Shown: piece by piece, positions 60,101 to 64,000 of the stretch
How the letters are laid out: every line of letters begins with the position of its first letter
Numbering within the stretch: the stretch's first letter is position 1
Notes under the pieces: model-generated
Seen by the model: only the letters and a program-made list of their open reading frames with translations
Told to the model about the DNA's origin: nothing
Database searches by the model: none
Translations under genes and position numbers: made by a program
Origin: Phallusia mammillata
Lineage: Eukaryota
Assembly: GCA_965637545.1 (NCBI GenBank)
Contig: OZ281500.1
Coordinates: 6,572,001-6,636,000, forward strand
Reading direction: 5' to 3'
DNA length: 64,000 nucleotides

Positions 60101-63100
60101 TCCAAGTTGAAACTGTAAGTGTACATACATGAAAACGACTATAGGGCTTTGAAAAAAAAAACTTAAGTTTAATGAGGTTTGATACAAGTACTTGTAGTCC
60201 AAAGTGGACCTTTTAAAAACAGTTTTTCGAATATTGTATTGCATGTACGAGTCATATAAAAAAAACAATCATATTTATTATTTTTAAGAATATTTTTTTA
60301 AATATGTGTGCACTTAGGCAGTGTTTTCATCAAGTTAGTCGCTTAAGTTGTATTTATGTCGCCCGTTTTATTCGGGAAAAGTTAGTTAGAAATTTAAACT
60401 GCGTATGTAGCTGCACACATGTATTTAACAACATTATTGTTAGGAATTCCACGCCAAGTACTTTCTAATAGCTTGTTGATATCTAGCTAAATTAGGCTAA
60501 GCATTTTTGCTGTCTTGAGCGTTCTTGTACACCACCGATATCTCCTGTTTACATTAGCTACTACATACAATCATACTGTTTAACAGATGCATACTTAATT
60601 GCGTTGTGTCTGTTTCCTCTTTCCAGTGCTTCCCACACATTTGTAAATCCCCCGACATCGCTGGTGGATTTGATAAATGCGGCCACCATACCAGCCAACA
60701 TTACAAAAGTCTGTAATGTGTCGGTCCACACAACTGCCTTCATTCCTCCCTATCAAAGCGACCAAAATGAAAACAAACAGGCCAGTACCTTACAATTTAC
60801 CTGACCTAAATGTCCTTACATTATGCAAGATATTGGCCTACATGAAAACCCTAAACTTTATGAGTATTTATGAGTATTTATGAGGCAACAATATAGTGAA
60901 GGATCAAGAACATACAAGTTGGCAAAAGGACAAAACAAATCGAATCTCCATACCAAGGTTGTATAGACGATACAAATTACGCTGGTGAGACCAATAGTCG
61001 TGCGAAGACTTAGTGGTGTCACAGCGCTCAATGCCAATGCTGGTAGATAAGTTGTCATTCCGTAGTACAAAGTCTGTGTAATTGATAAGCCACAAAATCA
61101 TTATTTTCCCATTTATTATAAATGTTTGTGAAAGCAGATCTTACCAAGTAAAGGATAGATCCACCAGAAACCAATAATCGTAAGTTGCGATGAAAACGAA
61201 TCTCCAATAACTATGAAAACAACGACGAACTAACAATATTGAAACTCATGTTTTAAAAAGATCCAATTTACATTGTAATAGATGTTAAAAGTGGCCAAAT
61301 ATTGGGTTAATGACCAATTTTTTTCTACTTTTGTGCATCACTACAACATTTTGGAAAGTGGATTTAATTCTAGTTAATCGTGACAAAAAACGTAAATACA
61401 TTTTGACACCAATTTCTGATTTAAAATGTGGGTTATTCTATTCTAAAGACTAGACAATACCTCGTAAATGGACTTGAGTTTTAATCTGTGGATGAGTGGT
61501 ATGTAATACACAAAAGCGACAATGCAAGGAATGATGTTTGAAATCGAGTACCAGAGGATGATCGTGCCGTAACCATACGCTTCAGTTGGAAAACCGATCA
61601 CTGTGATAGCTGATATAAACGTGACGGCAATCGACATTCCAACTGGAAACTTTAAAGATACTTTTGTAAGCAGTGTTTTTGCATATGTTAAGCTGTTATT
61701 CAGTTGGCAGTATTACACGATTTGCGATTCTTGTCTTATTTCAAAAACTAAAACAAAACTTAACTTGCAAACAAAAACAACAACTTGCACAATGTTTTTG
61801 ACACTATTTACAACTTTATGGTTAATTGTAAAATGAACAACACTACTGATGTCTTGTTACCGGTGACATTTTTCTGCCTCCAAAATAATAGTTGTCTGTG
61901 TTTTCCTTTTTGCGATCAACGATTGCGTAATAAAGTCCCACCATGAGTGGCCCAAGCAACAATCCTTTAAAAAACAAATAAAGTACCTGAAGGTATTAGG
62001 GCCATGATGAAAGAAAAAGTTGTAAGTTGTAGTTGTTATTAACTTCACAACTTATACGTACTCGCAATCATTTACCCGTTTGTTCTGTATAATACTTGCT
62101 ACAACCATTCACTGTTCAAATCTGCTCGTTTAAGACTTTTTATTCCGAATAAATGGTAATAAAAACACAAAGATTTTGTTGTTGTGTAGAAACTTTTAAA
62201 CGGCTTATTCAGTTAGCGGAACATTATAATTTATAAGGAACTATAAAAATGTTTATTTCAGGCAAGATTTTATACGGTTATGTTTGAGAGGTGAGTGTCA
62301 AAATAGTAGGCTAGATCAGCGCTGTTCAAACTTTTTGAGCCACTGAACAGTTTCTGCATTAAAATAATTTTGCGGAACACCAAAACAAATTTTGATGCAA
62401 AGAAGCAACTAGGCTCAAGGTGACACCAAAACGCTAAGTAGCACATCAAGTAATCACTGAAACGGATAAAAACGCTTATATAACGCTATTGTTTCGGGGA
62501 GGTTTTATGAAAACATAACAATATAACTATAGTATTGTACCTAAAAACAATATTCGCCAATCACTGGCTGTTCCTTGATTCATCGTTTTCCGCGCAAACA
62601 ATTTTGCTGAACGTCAGAAAACTTGTTGAATCTCGCTTTGGATTTAAATGTTTCATAAAAAAGTCATTTTCGCCCATTGTGTTAAACCAGTAATTTTCGA
62701 CCGGTGTTCGACATGAACACTAGTCAAACTATAGAAGTCAAAAACATTAGAATCCTATATTTAAACCAGCAAATTTCTCGCGGAACACCGGTTAAAATCA
62801 CTGGGCTGGGTAAAATTTTTATGCGTCAACATACATTCGGTTGGATACCGTTATTTGTTTCACCAACAGCTGTTAATAAATAGCTTCACTTTGCAACGAC
62901 GGGAAAGTATTATGCAATATAGTGAACAACGGCGCCAAGCAAAGTGTTATGTAATGTGGTGAGAAACGACGTGGAGCGTTTATGTGCCTGAAGACATGTC
63001 GCAATTATGGTAAAGTGTTGTGTAATGTGGTGAGAAACGACGTGGAGCGTTTATATGTGCCTGGAGACATGTCGCCATTACGGTACGGCTGTGTACGTCA

Positions 63101-63248
63101 GTCACTGCTTTTACAAGCATGGCCTAACCTAACCTTTTGAGTTGTAGTGATGGTCTCAAGTACAGTATTTATTAGGTTTCTTACCTGTAAACACCACCAA
63201 GTCAACACTTCCAAAATAATTCACTTGTCCTGGGTGTTCCATTTCCAT
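57106..63248 (-). CDS. SLC5 family sodium:solute symporter (SLC5A8/SLC5A12/SLC5A5-like), copy 3, 13 exons, about 608 aa
   Basis: Exons 63248-63185, 61964-61861, 61649-61461, 61210-61145, 61073-60954, 60749-60595, 60112-59972, 59909-59691, 59406-59294, 58492-58335, 57743-57529, 57449-57346, 57284-57106 (1827 nt); all GT-AG and in phase. Starts MEMEHPGQVNYFGSVDLVVFTG and ends ...KPLQVSDAQLAN. Exons 2-13 have the same lengths as in copy 2. Confidence 0.9.
58899..58950. repeat. Perfect 22-bp tandem duplication (TAAATCTTAAGAGGCTGCAGGC x2.4)
   Basis: Directly visible in intron 9 of copy 3. Confidence 0.9.
62317..62803. mobile_element. Older hAT-like insertion (487 bp) in intron 1 of SLC5 copy 3
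   Basis: Absent from the aligned intron of copy 2 (empty site GGTTGGGT near 50985). Degenerate CAG...CTG ends. Imperfect 8-bp TSD GGCTAGAT / GGCTGGGT (6/8). Confidence 0.7.
62941..63084. repeat. Tandem duplication of a ~72-bp unit in intron 1 of SLC5 copy 3
   Basis: Two copies of aaagtgtt...gtggtgagaaacgacgtggagcgtttat...gacatgtcgc (62941-63011 and 63012-63084). Single copy in copy 2 at about 51124-51193. Confidence 0.9.
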
Positions 63249-64000
63249 TCTTACGGTGAAAGTTGTAAGACTCGCAGAAAAAGTGTTTGCAGTTTTGCCA
63301 AATGGTGTCAACAAAAAATATGTCAAGAAATGCCTGAAACAACAACAAGATGGCTAATTCATTCCGAAACATAGTTGGTGCTGTAAAAGATCTCGCAAGT
63401 TTTAGAAAAAAACATTAAAAAAAACATGGTGCTACAAACAACCATACCTCATGCTTACTAACACAAACTAATATCAGGGCGCTGAGTCTCAAACACGTTA
63501 TAAGCAACAACGACATGTAAAAAAAACGCCTTCCTTAACCCACTTTTATGTTGAGTATCGGTCATCCTTCATACAAAAGGTCTTATTTGGCCTCTTATTA
63601 AACAGATTTTGGCCTTTTTTTATTCTTGTTTTTATTTTATTATTTTGGTCTGGTTGCTAGAACAACAACTGTTTTTTGATGTTGCCCTACCTGGCAGCAC
63701 ACTCTACATACCACTATTGTAAGTAATACTCATCATTGTTTTCTGCTTTTCATTATTGCGTTGTTTGTTTCTGACTTTAGTTTGAACACTAAGCAGCGTG
63801 GCATTTCGGCTCGTTGCCTTGATGATTTACGTCACCGGCTTTTCCTGTTGCACTTTGAGCAATTAACCTTTAATAATCGGATAACTGGTGAATTGTTCGC
63901 CAAGCGTGCGAACTTTCTGACTTTTGCGTCGCCAATTAAAGTATTTATTTATTTTGGTGTTTTTGTTTGTATTTGCGAAAACAGTAAGTCTAGCGCGAAG

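Larger units (their letters stand above)
56841..64000. repeat. Segmental duplication unit (SLC5 copy 3 with flanks), paralogous to 44863-52098
   Basis: Same alignment as the previous feature. Confidence 0.9.

Overview
AT-rich eukaryotic genomic DNA with short GT-AG introns. It is most consistent with an invertebrate chordate such as an ascidian, but that is an inference and the species cannot be named from sequence alone. Left half (1-31 kb): no identifiable protein family; GC/CpG-richer patches that look regulatory, a few orphan exon-like segments, one hAT MITE and a tRNA-like fragment. Middle (31.2-39.5 kb, minus): a complete AMPA-type ionotropic glutamate receptor gene that I could splice by hand into 19 in-phase coding exons (about 909 aa). 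Right half (40.8-64 kb): a rearranged cluster of SLC5 sodium:solute symporter genes of the SMCT/NIS/SMVT branch. It holds two apparently intact 13-exon paralogs on the minus strand (about 606 and 608 aa, inside a ~7.2 kb segmental duplication), one 5'-less minus-strand copy (exons 4-13), and two divergent plus-strand 5' fragments (exons 1-3 and 1-2). Three hAT-type elements with 8-bp target-site duplications lie in the cluster. The most unusual structure is the headless SLC5 copy: it shows a purifying-selection signature and intact splice sites from exon 5 on, and a phase-compatible exon 1-3 fragment lies on the opposite strand. All exon coordinates were derived manually and should be confirmed with RNA-seq.
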